Shown: positions 14,701 to 26,900 of the stretch, in pieces
Position numbering within the stretch: the stretch's first letter is position 1
How the letters are laid out: each line of letters starts with the position of its first letter
Assembly (NCBI RefSeq): GCF_964355755.1
Contig: NC_092672.1
Span: 4,154,001 to 4,218,000 of the forward strand
Direction of reading: 5' to 3'
Source of the DNA: Antedon mediterranea
Taxonomy: Eukaryota > Animalia > Echinodermata
DNA length: 64,000 nucleotides
The notes under the pieces: generated by a model
Told to the model about the DNA's origin: nothing
The model's input: only the letters and a program-made list of their open reading frames with translations
The model's database searches: none
Position numbers and translations under genes: made by a program

Positions 14701-15159
14701 GACTATAATCAGTTTAAAAAACATTTAAAAGCACTATATTTCAAAGAATGTTACGATACTAATTGATGTGAAGCGCCGCTGATTATAATTAAATGTTGTA
14801 TAAATGTGCGCTATACAAGTAATAATAATAATAATAATAACCCTAACCCCAATTTAATAGTATATTACAAAAATTTACTATGTATAATTTATTTTACATA
14901 CACATTATTTTCATACCTTTTTGGCTGCTTCGTCAATGGCACTTTGATTGTAAAATGATACAACCGATCGATTGTTTAGGTCTCTTGCCGGGCTGAAGTC
15001 TGTCACTGCAGAATACCTCCGCTTTGGATCTTTCTGGTCTGCTGTACTTACTGAAAAGTTCCTAATCTTTGGTTTAAAGTGTTGTTGTAATGTTACGTTC
15101 ATTGCTCGTGATTTCGCAACAGAGTCCTTGATACATTGTATTCGTTTGCACAGAGACAT
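5752..15159 (-). CDS. BCKDK: Branched-chain ketoacid dehydrogenase kinase, mitochondrial (10 exons: 15159-14917, 11306-11238, 10683-10525, 9296-9177, 8703-8605, 8055-7982, 7537-7409, 7005-6916, 6428-6264, 5896-5752)
   Basis: Spliced translation [14 protein letters not shown]|PSVRLTP...|[18 protein letters not shown]...GCNPTIL|...LLDDHKD...|SRLGIR|...ELIKNAMR|ATIEHH...|ISDKGGG...GPMHG|[12 protein letters not shown]...[16 protein letters not shown]. All junctions are GT-AG with consistent phases. Confidence 0.95.
6026..6100 (-). mobile_element. tRNA-like SINE head or tRNA pseudogene (Asp-like, anticodon ATC)
   Basis: Cloverleaf-like GCCCCAGTGGTATAATGGTTAAGACATCTGCATATCAAGCAGGAGGTTCCGGGTCCGAATCTCGTTTGGGGTG followed by TTTTT. 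The B box is degenerate. A related copy lies at about 10935-11015 (+). Confidence 0.55.
8398..8525. mobile_element. MITE family A (TIR AAGCTCTGTCTACACTATCAAACT)
   Basis: Degenerate copy of the terminal-inverted-repeat element that recurs more than 10 times in the window. Confidence 0.7.
8806..9017 (-). mobile_element. tRNA-derived SINE in BCKDK intron 4
   Basis: On the minus strand: tRNA-like head (TGGTGGTTAACATGGTTGCCTTCCAA...GGGTTCAATCC), a body, and an A-rich tail AAATAAAATAAAAAAA. Confidence 0.55.
9020..9216 (-). repeat. 71-bp tandem triplication of the BCKDK exon-4 3' end plus 5' splice site
   Basis: TTAGCTCAGGGATTTAATGAATGTAGAAAGCACATCAAA-gtaagtgtaattaaaaaagtatgcatacatag is repeated. 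The third copy is diverged. Confidence 0.9.
10110..10279. mobile_element. MITE family A copy with internal 21-bp subrepeats
   Basis: AAGCTCTGTCTACACTATCAAACT...TTTGATAGTGTAGAGAGAGCTT; internal CACCACCATATTTGGGCATAT repeats. Confidence 0.85.
10710..10869. mobile_element. MITE family A copy
   Basis: Both TIRs present; lies about 26 nt from the BCKDK exon 3 acceptor. Confidence 0.85.
10935..11015 (+). mobile_element. tRNA-like SINE head (same family as 6026-6100)
   Basis: CATGAAAGCC..AGTGGTCTAATGGT..TCTGCATATCAAGCAGAAGGTTCTGGGTTCAAATC. Confidence 0.5.
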
Positions 15160-16515
15160 CGTAATATTTTAATAACTACAGTAAACTTACAATTTATAGG
15201 CCTAGATGGTAATTTAGATTTTCTACTACAAGAACACAAATTTGGTCATATGCATGGTCAGTAATAATAATATGGTTTTACAATTTGTATTCTTAGTTTT
15301 TTTAAAACTATTAACTAGGCCTAGAACAAAAGAAAGAACAAATCAGACTTAGCAAAATTCAATGTAACATTGCTTGTCATTAGACCTTCTCCTTGTCCTT
15401 TTTGATGGTATGATTAAGGTCGTCCACTTTTCCTTGCTCACAAAACAGTTCATCACAAATGTAGGCAATATTTGCTGTGAGATTGACAATAAACTCAAAA
15501 TCAGAACTTTGCCTTGGCAGCATCCGCATGCAGGCTAGGCCAGGTGTACTGTTTCTCCTCTCACCGCCTCTCTACCTCAAATCCTGAAGCCAATCCGCCT
15601 ACTTTACTAAAAAAAAAGGATCTCGCGAGGCCTCGTTGTGTAGCAGCCTCTTCACTGTTCTAACTCTCGGCTAACGATTGCGAAGCTATCTCTCAGCTGT
15701 CCAAACCAAATACGCGAAATTAATATTAATGTGTTTATAGTATGTAAAAAGTAAGTACATGTATTAACTAACACAACTTAGCCTCAAACCACTCATTCTA
15801 CGGCGAATAAACATCGAACGACTTGGAGAGCGTGCATCATCCCATATCAGCTGCTCTTCTTTCTTTTTTTTATAAATTTTTATATCGAGAACAAAAAAAA
15901 CAAACAAAACATTGCACAGCGCCCTCAAGGACTGACAACCAATCATTCAAACAAACTTAAAATACTGTAATATTTTAGTCGATGAAGAAATAAACAATAA
16001 ATTTGTTTTTTTTTAAATTATAAAGCAACAAAAAAAATTCTTTGTTCTAAAAGTTCTTATTCAAATTTTATTTACATTTTACAATGTGACAAGACAACAG
16101 TTTCTCATGATAAAAGTTTCTTTTCGTATAAAAAATGCAGAAATCAATGCAAAAAGTACTACATTTTAATATTGATGAAAATGTTCAATAATGATATGCA
16201 TGCAAATACACACATACAATCAAATGTAACAATATATTAGAACACCACATCAAGGGGACACTTTTCCTTGAAAAATAAATGACGGGAAACATAATTTGTT
16301 ACGGCCAAACCTTATCTAGGACACCTCTACTGAGTGGATATTTCGTGAAGTGTTCTACTCTATGCAAAAAATGATAAATAATTTATCCTGCCTTGCATAC
16401 GTGTTTGCAAGAAAGTGTAATGTCTGTCACAAACTTCTTTCTTTCTTTCCTGTACAACCTGAGAAAGGGTTTCAGAGTTTTCATCTTCCCTCACTCATGT
16501 CTGTAAATATTAAAC

Positions 16516-16763
16516 TACCTCAAATGACCACTCAAAATAGGCAACTCCCTCAAATGACCACTCAAAATAGGCAATATCCCTCAAATGACCATTCAAAATA
16601 GGCAAATCCCTCAAATGACCACTAAAAATAGGCAATATCCCTCAAATGACCACTCAAAATAGGCAACTCCCTCAAATGACCACTCAAAATAGGCAATCTC
16701 CCTCAAATGACTACTCAAAATAGGCAATCTCCCTCAAATGACTACTCAAAATAGGCAACTCCC
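16516..16763. repeat. Minisatellite, 30-31 bp unit x about 8 (CCCTCAAATGACCACTCAAAATAGGCAA..), downstream of the POLR2J stop codon
   Basis: Directly visible tandem copies. Confidence 0.95.
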
Positions 16764-16917
16764 TGGCTGTGGCTGTTACTGCATGAGTCAGGGTTTACAA
16801 ACCAAATTCTTCCAATTGAGTAACAAAATGCAATATGGAATGTATTATACCGCCTTAACGATTACATGTTTATTTCAGTTTTTATTTTAATTGTCCATTC
16901 TGTAATTTTAATCTTCA

Positions 16918-18499
16918 TTAAAAGCCTTCCTGTTTTTCTTTGACGCAAACCTAGTAAACATAAAACAAATTTCATTCAGGTTTGACAGATACAAAAATTA
17001 ATTGTAAAACTACTATATATGTGTAATAGTTAATAGCTCACCCACCAATCATAATAATATTTTTTTTTGTATAGCGCTTAACCAGAATAAATTTTCTGTA
17101 AAGCACTACAACCACAAGGCTCGAACTAGGTGGAGATTACGTCATTTAATATGCTATACGAAAGAGCAACTGTTTGAAGATGTCAATAGAGTTGGCATTC
17201 TAGATTGATTGTGGAAGAGTTTTCCAGAATAAGTTTCAGTGACAAACCTTAAACCTCTCTTCCAAGAGAGAGACCTCACTAATAAGATCAGTGATGGCAT
17301 TGGTAAAAGCCTCTTGTGGGCTGTAGTCATTGCTTGTTTGTACTCGCAAAACAAACTTGTGTTCTAGAGGATGAGGAACCTTGTAACCAGCAAACAGTAC
17401 CTGTGGGTCTTTTAGTAGCTGTCTTAAAAATACAAACATAATACATTTATATGAAAGGACATCATTTGACACTGAAATTATTGTACCATTGGAACACTCG
17501 TAACAAAAGGGACATCCTATTTCGAGGATGTTTCCTCATGAAACGAACAATGGGAAATGTTTTATCACTACATCCAACCCCTACTCAGGGCACAGCCACT
17601 ATTCCGGCCACTTCCTTCTTTGGAGAGGGGGACGACACCTTTTATTAGGGGGAGGGGCAACCTTATTAGGGGAGGGGGAGGGGGGGGGGAGAAAGACACT
17701 TTGTTGGGTATTAATAATAGGGGTTCTATTCATACTACATAGTTCATATTCTATTATTTACAGAGCAGCATAACTCTGTAAAGTATTGTGTTATTCTGTA
17801 TTAAGTATTTCATTTAACCAGTGACAATTAATAATTTCACTCTTCCCTGTTTTAACTTACTGTCGGAGCATGTTGCCTAAGGTATGATCTTCTTTGTTGA
17901 CTGTGAATATTGCAGCATTTGGTACTTTGGTGTCCTTTTCAATTGTTATCCTGCCAAAAATAATCATTTTTCAATATTACAATACATACTAGTTTTACTA
18001 CTTAATAATATACAGTAGTAGGTCTATGTACTAAAAACAAATATTTAATAAATATAGTTATTATAGAGCCTAGCTAGCCTTGTTTGGTCTACCTAAACAT
18101 TCTTAAAAAAAGTTAATATAAATAATAATATTTATTTATATTAACAAATAGACCTAGGCTAGTAGTAGGTCAAAATAGCCTAGGTCTAGTCTATAGACTG
18201 TTAAACTAGATTATCTAGCCTTTAGTAAGTAGTTACAGTTGACACAAAAAAAACTTTAAAATATTCCTAGGCCCTAGGCCGAATCTACATGCAGATTTAT
18301 GGCAACGCAACCGCGTCCGTGCCGTGATTGATGTGAATGTCTGGCTTGTTGTTTAGACCTTTCACTAGCCTAGGCCTAGCTTCAAACCAATTGACGAGTC
18401 CTTAACTAACTAGAATTTTAATAAATGTACTGTTTGAAATACTCACTTTTTTTCTCCTTCAAACAGAATAAACGACTCAAATGTTGGAGGTGCATTCAT
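16918..18499 (-). CDS. POLR2J: RNA polymerase II subunit RPB11 (4 exons: 18499-18447, 17950-17861, 17422-17248, 16950-16918; 116 aa)
   Basis: [18 protein letters not shown]|[30 protein letters not shown]|[22 protein letters not shown]...LEERFK|[10 protein letters not shown]. Confidence 0.97.
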
Positions 18500-19979
18500 T
18501 GTATATTTTTTAATTGAATTTTTGTTTTATTATTAGAAACTAGGCCTACCTTTGATTTGAGATAATGGATTCGTCAAAAACGTGAAATAATCCAGCGCCC
18601 TCATTTAAAGTGTGCTGGTTCCCGGGGCACGCACTCGGAAAAATAATAGGATGGGAAGAGTGTGAGGAGTGGCAAAAAGTGCGATTTATAGTCTTTGGCT
18701 ATTTGGCAAATATTTAAAGAAAAATAATACAATAAAAAACAATACCAAAAAAACAAAATACAATACAAACAATGCTTTCGCAATTTAAAATTGTCTAGAC
18801 GGGAAATCATTTTTATAACAGTAAATTGCTTAAATTAATCATGGATTAGAACCCGGCTGATGTTTTTGACAGCATACTCGCCTGTCACGTTATTTGGAAG
18901 CGACATTAACTCAAACTTGCATAATGTTTTATTAAGGAAATCATATCTTCCGTATTTGATCCAGCAGTGAACCTATTACGTCTCCAGGCAGTCTGATCAT
19001 AAGCCAATCCACCCTTCACCCATTACAAAATATCCAAATTAAAGTCACTAATCTACACAATCTCCTGATAATCACATTCGATCTTATACGACGTCACAAA
19101 TACCCCTTACATCACTTACACACACATCTATAATTTGACACATTTGCATACTCGATTACACAGACGTAACGTGGCTGTGACGACGGACTCTGCCAACAAG
19201 AAAGGGTAAGTCAGATATACACGGAACAAGGGGAGGGGATGATTTCTCTAGAAATATTTCTTTTGTAAAGAAACACTTCAAAACGTTCCCTGTTTACAAA
19301 GGACGATACCGACTAATTGTTTATTTAACTACAGTAGGTAGGCCTAATTCCTAATTAAAGAAAAATACTACGTAATTAAGTCGACATCTTTTAATTTAGT
19401 AACCAAAGATAATGTTATGAAACGATGCGATAAATGCAAGTTTGTTTAATTGTCTTAAGGTCTGTCTACACTATAAAACTAGTTTGACAATATGATGCGT
19501 GATGCCAAATATGGTAGTGATATACCCAAATAGGGTAGTAATATGTCCATATATGGGCACATCACAGAATTTAAATCTAGGAAAAACGATAGTCTGGCTA
19601 TTATAGTTTTAATGCATTACCGTATGCCTACATCAAATAATAAATATCTATTGAAGCAATGTTATTGTTATTTTCAGTGAAGTTGTTCAAACACTCACAC
19701 ACACTGGCAACGTTCCAATGTTTCCATTTTATTATAATTTTGTAACGCATAATTTATCTTGTCTGGTTTTATAGTTGACCTAACGATAATTTTTGAAATA
19801 CTTGATAATAACGATTAATTGTGTTTATTTATTATTTTACAAAATGTGATTGTTAATTTATTAATTATTAATTACAAAATGACATTTAGAATGTTATTAT
19901 TGTATTAACTTCCAAATTCAATTTACTTCAAAAAGCCACAATAAAGAGGAGAGAAAAAGAAGAAATTCTTAGAAATCTG

Positions 19980-20116
19980 AAGCTCTGTCTACACTATCAA
20001 ACTAGTTTGACAAAAAAAGTGTGATGTGCAAATATGGTAGTGATATGACATCATCATGTCCATATATGGGCATCACATTTTTTGTCACATAAAGTTTGAT
20101 AGTGTAGACAGAGCTT
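19980..20116. mobile_element. MITE family A, complete copy
   Basis: Perfect TIRs AAGCTCTGTCTACACTATCAAACT / AGTTTGATAGTGTAGACAGAGCTT. Confidence 0.9.
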
Positions 20117-20811
20117 AAGAGTAAAAAGACTGAGATAATGAATGTTTTGGTTACGTTATTGTTCAGCGAGAGGTGTCTTCAATTATCGTATTACTGTATA
20201 ACAGTGATGATCATTCATTTTAATACATTTTTGTTAATTGTTAACAAACGATTACTTAAAACTCATTTCAAGTTTAATGAGGTTTGATCTTGAAATAAAG
20301 TGATACCATGTTTAATGTGTATTATATAAAATCTACGGTAAAGGCCATTTTATTGACCAGTAGCCTCTTACTTAGTCTCATGGGTCTTTTTTATCTCTTT
20401 TTTCCCGATTCAGTCCCGGTTGTAGCGGCAATCTATATTATAAGTGAGAGAGTTTGTACGTTTGTGTGTTTGTTCGTTATACAAATTGTTGTTACTACAC
20501 GTAACCTTACATAGGGGTATCAAAATGACCGCAATTGTACCGGGAAAGTTCTAAACTATATTTGAACATCATCCGCCATCTAGGTCCAAGTTAGGGCCAA
20601 AATGGCTAACTTTTCCCACTTTCGATGTTTGTTCGTTCTGTTTCTGCACGTTTCTTCAATATTTAAATTGCAGTTTAACAAATTTAAACCTTTGTTTAGG
20701 CCTATAACAATAACGTATTCTGTCCAAATAATAGTGAAATATTTCAATTCTATGGTTAATTTATTCCCTTATAGGTTAAATAACGTGAATTTGTGATACA
20801 AAGTGTAAAAT

Positions 20812-22499
20812 ATGGCTAATCTAAACGAAAAGCTTCAAGAGTTACAAAACCGCAATATGACATTGTACAACGAGGGAAAGTACAGCGAATTAGCTGAAGC
20901 AAGTTACACTAGCGGTTGTCGTGTCATGCTGCAGGGGATGGAAACTCAGACAGGAAGAAGTTGTAAGTTCCAGGATGTTACTTCATTTCCATAAGGGGGT
21001 GTCACGTAATTGTCAATAAAACTATTAATCTTTGGTAACTTACCCGTCCCCCTAAAGTATTCGAGTTTAATGAACTAAAAAGTATATAAAGTTAGTTCAA
21101 ACTGTTGCAATGTTAGACCTTTTGCCTTTCATGTTTCGACGATAAAAAAACAATTATTATTATTATTTGCATCAGCATCGCAGTTAGGCCTACTGATTTT
21201 AACAAGGCCATATATACATGGCTGCAGTCGCGTGCGCAAATTTGAGTTAGTGTTTACCGATCGCGACCGACCGACCGACCAATCGATCAAATGTATATTT
21301 TAATAAAATAATAATAAAAACAAATTTCAAATAAAATAAAAAGTATTTAACAAATGGTGAAGACCAACAAATGGGAAAAAGTTATTTATTTGATTTTTTA
21401 AATTTGTAGAGACAATACTTTCAATGTGTTTTTTTCATTGTTTCAAAGAATTTTAAATATTTTATACGTATTATGTGGACCTAATCTTTGTATTAAAAAT
21501 TATTAGTATTAAAATTACAAAATTACAGTAATAAACTTCCAAATTAAAAAGGCCCCATAAAGCTAAGCAGAGCAAAACACTCAATATTAAATCGGAGGCC
21601 TACACATACTTTCTTTCTTTGGACCACAACAACTTTTTTAATTAACAAAAAACAGTTGGCAAGGTTTTTAGAAAGTTTGTAAAAACCTCATTGTTAGTGC
21701 CAAAACATTATAAAGTCAGCGCCAACAACCTGTTTGTCACTAACATTAAAGTACACATGCATTATCTAATGTCAAATCTACTAATTCATCAGCATGTTCG
21801 TGTTTTCTGTCAAATGTTCTCAATCAAGATAAATGTCATTGTACCTTAAACGTTCAACTTTTTTAAAGATGTTGTTTCCAAAATGTCTATCAATCTAATT
21901 GGTTTTCATAATGTTCTGATAAAGCACGTTTTATTGGTTGAACTTTTCTCTTAATAATCTATTTTTTTGCATAGTTGTACCTTCCCAAGTAGGCCTGCAG
22001 GCTTTTTTTATTCTTTCTTTTAACATTTTAATTTTAGACAGATTGCTGGATTGCAATAAGTAGAGTTTTTTACTTTATTCAACAAGTCTTTGGAAGTGGT
22101 GTTGTTTTTTCATGACATGAGAACAAATCCTAGAATCTTACAGGATTTGAACCCAATGCCCTGGGATCCAAAGCACCGACTCAATCGACTCATTAAAAAA
22201 ACTTGTACAAGTAATTTATGAAAGAAAAAAAACACAATCAAAATATAATAGTTTTGTTGCATTCTGTAGTTTTACCTGGATTGTGGGAAATGGAGAAAAA
22301 CTCTGGTCACCAGAAGATCAAACACACAACTGTGGAAGCTAGTCAGATGGATGGTGATTGCCGAGTATATGAGATTGGCAAGTACCAGGCTTATACATCA
22401 GATGGCGCAGAAGACGAAGTTGGTAAATATCTTACCATTTGGATCAAAGAAGGAGAGAATTATATGATAGATGTGACTTGTATCAACAGATCAAAGTAG
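20812..22499 (+). CDS. SnoaL-like / DUF4440 (NTF2-like fold) small protein, 126 aa (exons 20812-20962, 22270-22499)
   Basis: Phase-1 GT-AG intron joins MANLNEKLQELQNRNMTLYNEGKYSELAEASYT...GRS to FLPGLWE...VYEIGKY...GKYLTIWIKEGENYMIDVTCIN*. The YEIGxY and GKYLxIW motifs are typical of DUF4440/YybH proteins. Confidence 0.75.
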
Positions 22500-23338
22500 A
22501 TTCTAAGTATTTCTAATTGAATAGTTTCATCAAGGCAATCAAACAACAGGATGCTGATCTCCGGAGATCAAAGGGTTTATCTATGGTTGCGACAAGATCA
22601 GTTCCAAGCCCCTTAAACATGTTCATAGTACAGTACTGTTTGTATTTGTCGCAGTCAGACATAAGATCAAAGAACTGTTACGAGTTCTTATCTTGCGAAG
22701 GCGAGATCAGTGTCCTGTTGTTAGATTGCCTTGGTTTAATCTTTGTAATATAGTTTCACAAACAGACTACAAACAACTCAAACATCGATGGTACTTTTTC
22801 GTTGGAGCGAGAACATGAATTGATTGGAATGGGCATTTCCCCCCGATAACTGCAAGCTACTATCGTTTTATGAAACATGATTAGCCCTTGATTGTAAAAA
22901 TTAGCCCTTGTACTAGAACAATTACCAGTACTGTATTAGAGGGTAGTTTATCCCCTCTTAGTTTGGCAATAGCAGTTTTTTAAGTCTACATAGCAAACTT
23001 TGGCAAGCTTTTCTTGCTAAACGCCGAGTTAGCTTAAGTTTGGAAGTTTTCACGTAGACGTAGCTTTAGGATTATGTAGTATTAAGTAAGGAAAAATAAC
23101 TGCGCTACACCTAAGAGTGCAAATAAAGCGTGTTGAGTCACCATTGTGACCATTTATTTTGCTGTTGTTTACCATTATTAAATATATCCAACCAACACCA
23201 CAGCAAAACGAACACCAACAAACCAACATCACCGACCTACGGTAATTTAACATTTTATTTGGAATGTACAGTACGCTATATAATATTCAATAAATTATCA
23301 CTAGCAATAAAATATGTGTTTATATCTGTATGAAAGTA

Positions 23339-23680
23339 AAGCTTGGTTCCCACTAGCGACGGAACATAACGCGACCTACGCAACGTAAGAAAATGTCCTT
23401 CTGATAATTGTGTTTGCCCCGCCTGCGTGAAATCAAACCTGCGATCATTATTGCGTCGTCGGTTCCGACTTGTGATTACGCAATACAGCACTTTGCGTCA
23501 ATACGTCGTTGCGTTGCGTCCTAGTGGTAACCACGCTTTAAGCTTGGTTCCCACTAGAACGTAACGCAAGGACGTAAACGCAACGCAAGCGAATTGACCA
23601 ATCACAAGCGATGGCTTATTCGCTTGTGATTGCTAACCGTCTATAACTTCGCTTGTCATTGGTTAAAACGTTGCAGGACT
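23339..23680. mobile_element. MITE family B (TIR AAGCTTGGTTCCCACTAG), two adjacent copies
   Basis: AAGCTTGGTTCCCACTAG...CTAGTGGTAACCACGCTT, immediately followed by a second left end. Confidence 0.8.
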
Positions 23681-23986
23681 AATGTAATGTCTATGGCCGA
23701 ATAATAACAGGGTATCTGATTGGAGCAGGAGACACGAAGTTTACAAATTATCTATAGATTCCTATTCTACTTGGACACAACGCAAGCGAGTTGACCAATG
23801 ACAAGCGACAGTTCGAATAATTCATCACTTGTGATTGGTCAAATCTCTTACGATGCGTTACCTCGTTGTGTTGCGTCTCAGTGAATTAAATGGAACCCTC
23901 ATATCACGAAATCAGGTTTTGGGAAAACTAGCCAAAACCATATTGCATTGAATAAGATTGCTTGATCCGCATTTGAATTATCATCA

Positions 23987-26900
23987 TCAAGGTAAATAAT
24001 TATAAAAATGCCATTCCATATTAACGACTAGGTCTGTTTCGTCTACAAACTCCTTTCCGATTACGCAATGATTTGACTTCCAATTGTAGGCGTATCCGTT
24101 GCATAGTATATATCTGTTGCACATGATTGCGCAGTCGTACATGGTTCTTACGGCTGTAGTCTCCGTAACGTGTTCACTGGCGAAAGTCGCTAGTTTGAGG
24201 AATCTGAAAATGCTGCCTTCTTCTTCAGAATACAGTTTGCTGATCAACGACGCTGCAGTTTGTTTCTGAATTGTTTCTAGAATAAAATAAAACAACTTAG
24301 GATGCCACAAAAAAGCAGGCGTTTATATATTTTACAATATTACAATGGAAACTGATTCACGATTTAAGGTATTGTGTTACAGTCGATAAAAAAATGTAAA
24401 ACCACACTTATTATGCTAAAGTTAAATTTGTCTCAATTATTGAACGAAAGAGATGGTATACGGTACCTTCGGAAGGAATTGTAAGAGCTGCCATCAGTTC
24501 TTTTCGAGTCATCGCTCGGTCGTAGAAGTGCATGTTCCTAACATTCCCCGATGCACCACCGCTAAACCCAATATCTACGCCGCTCCACGACATATCCGGT
24601 GTCTGAAACATTACCTTGCTGACAAAGAACCCATTCCTCCACAAAGACACAGTACCACCACCATCCTGAATAATGGCGATGGATGTCCAGACATCTGGTT
24701 TGAAGACCACACCGCGGAGCTTTCTAGCATGGTTACTAAAAGTTACTTCTATCTCGGACGCGTAGACTTGAGTTCCTGAATTTGTTTGTGTAATGTTAAT
24801 ATGTCCAGCAAAGAGTATTTCACCAACCGAGTTAGGCTCTGGTTTAATATCAAACATCAGAGTGCAGATTCCATCTTGAAATAACTGGCCGCGGTTTGGA
24901 ATTGAGATACTGCTGGGTATGCCATCGACGGGTAAGAGATCTGCGAATGCCACTCCAGTCGTGCTAATAAAATGAACTCTTGAGGCGCTGTAATCATAAT
25001 CCCTAACACCAGACAGATCATGGATCGTGTAGATTGAGTTCAATGGCCAAAAACCACGTGGGTTTAGTGGTAGGTCGTTTTGGTCAGCTTCTATAAAACA
25101 GTTTCATAACCATGTACAATGTATTATTTTACAGAAGTAATAACACAACAGAATCAATGATAGCAGCGTGCAAGCCATCAGACGTAATGTTAACGTGACG
25201 CGTTAGACCGGTTCCTACTGAACGTTAAACGAACAATTTCAAATCAACTTGTGTCAATTTTGCCCATTACTTTGCTTTGAAATTGTGTACAGTAGAAGAA
25301 TAGTGTATATCATGGAAAAATAAGCCTCTTTTTATCCATTGTCTAATATTAAAGCATCACTTCATACTACACAACGATTAAACTGTTTTTATTTATGTCA
25401 TTTGATACTCCCCAAAACAATTTAAATATAGTTCTAAGGATGTTTGTCTTTTGTAGTAAACGTGTATATTTATAGTATCTATAAAAATGTATATATTTAT
25501 CGTCGTTCGTTATCGTTCCAGTATATAAACAGGCCATAATTATATTAGAGTAGTGAAATATGAAACACAAAAAAATGATAGGCCTACCTTCCTCAGAGGA
25601 ATAGACAAAAACTTCACATATTGCAAGATTTCTATCTGACACTGACGTAATAAACACGTACGCACCGTTGATTGGTGGAGAACATAATACGTCAACTATC
25701 GCGCTAGAATTATACTGCTCAAAAGAAATAGTTTGACCACATTGAGTATTCTGAGCAGAATCAACTCCGTCATTGCCAATCAGAACTTTGGAATCATGCA
25801 AACTGTATTGCACCGGTGCTGTAAAAAATAAATGTAAATACAGAGAACTCATATTAAGGGGACACCTTCAGGACCCAAAAGAGGGTCTCCTGAATCGTAT
25901 CCGGATATTCACCCCCTGGACATTTACCCCCGGAAAACTACCCCCCGGACAACCACCACCTGGACCACTACCCCCTTAGGACAACTACCCCTTTAGGACA
26001 ACTACCCCCGGACAAATACCCCCCGGACAACTACCCCCTTAGGACAACTACCCCCTGGACAACTACCCCCCGGACAATTACCCCCGGACAATTACCCCCC
26101 CCCCCCCCGGACAATTACCCCCCCCCCCCCGGGTAATTACCCCGACAACTACCTCTGACACAATACTCCCCGTAGGACAACTACTTCCTGGACAATACTC
26201 CGAGGGCAAATAATCTTTTAGGACAACTACCTCCGTAGGACAACTAACCCCTGGACAACTACCCCCGGACAATTACCCCCTAGGAACAATTACCCCTGAC
26301 AATTACCCCCGGAGAATTCCCCCCCCCGGGTAATTACCCCGCGGACAACTGCCTCTGACACAATACTCCCCGTAGGACAACTACCTCCTGGACCTGGACA
26401 ATACTCCGAGGGTAAATAATCTTTTAGGACAACTACCTCCGTAGGACAACTAACCCCTGGACAACTACCACCCAGAAAACTATCCCTTTAGAACAACTAC
26501 CCCCCGAACGGACAACTACCACCCAGACCATTCAACAACCTGACTCTGCAACAACAGCGTATAATAGGAATTAATAACTATATTTTAATTCGTTACTTTG
26601 ACGAATTACTATTCATTATTGTAAACAAAAGTAAAAGATTGAACATAAATATAGCCTGGTATAAACTGAAGATTGTCACACATGATCATAGGATAGTCGA
26701 ACGTATTATATAGTACTCCCTGTATTTACTGTAAAGACTGGGTTCGCTAATAATAATAATAATTTTTGCGTCAGGACAATGCTTCGATAACCACTGGTCT
26801 TAAAAGAATTAATTTTTGTCTCAAATTTGTCATTTGTATTTTTGTACACTTGAAGAATAATATCACTTTTGATATTTGACCTCAATGTTCACTCACCGAA

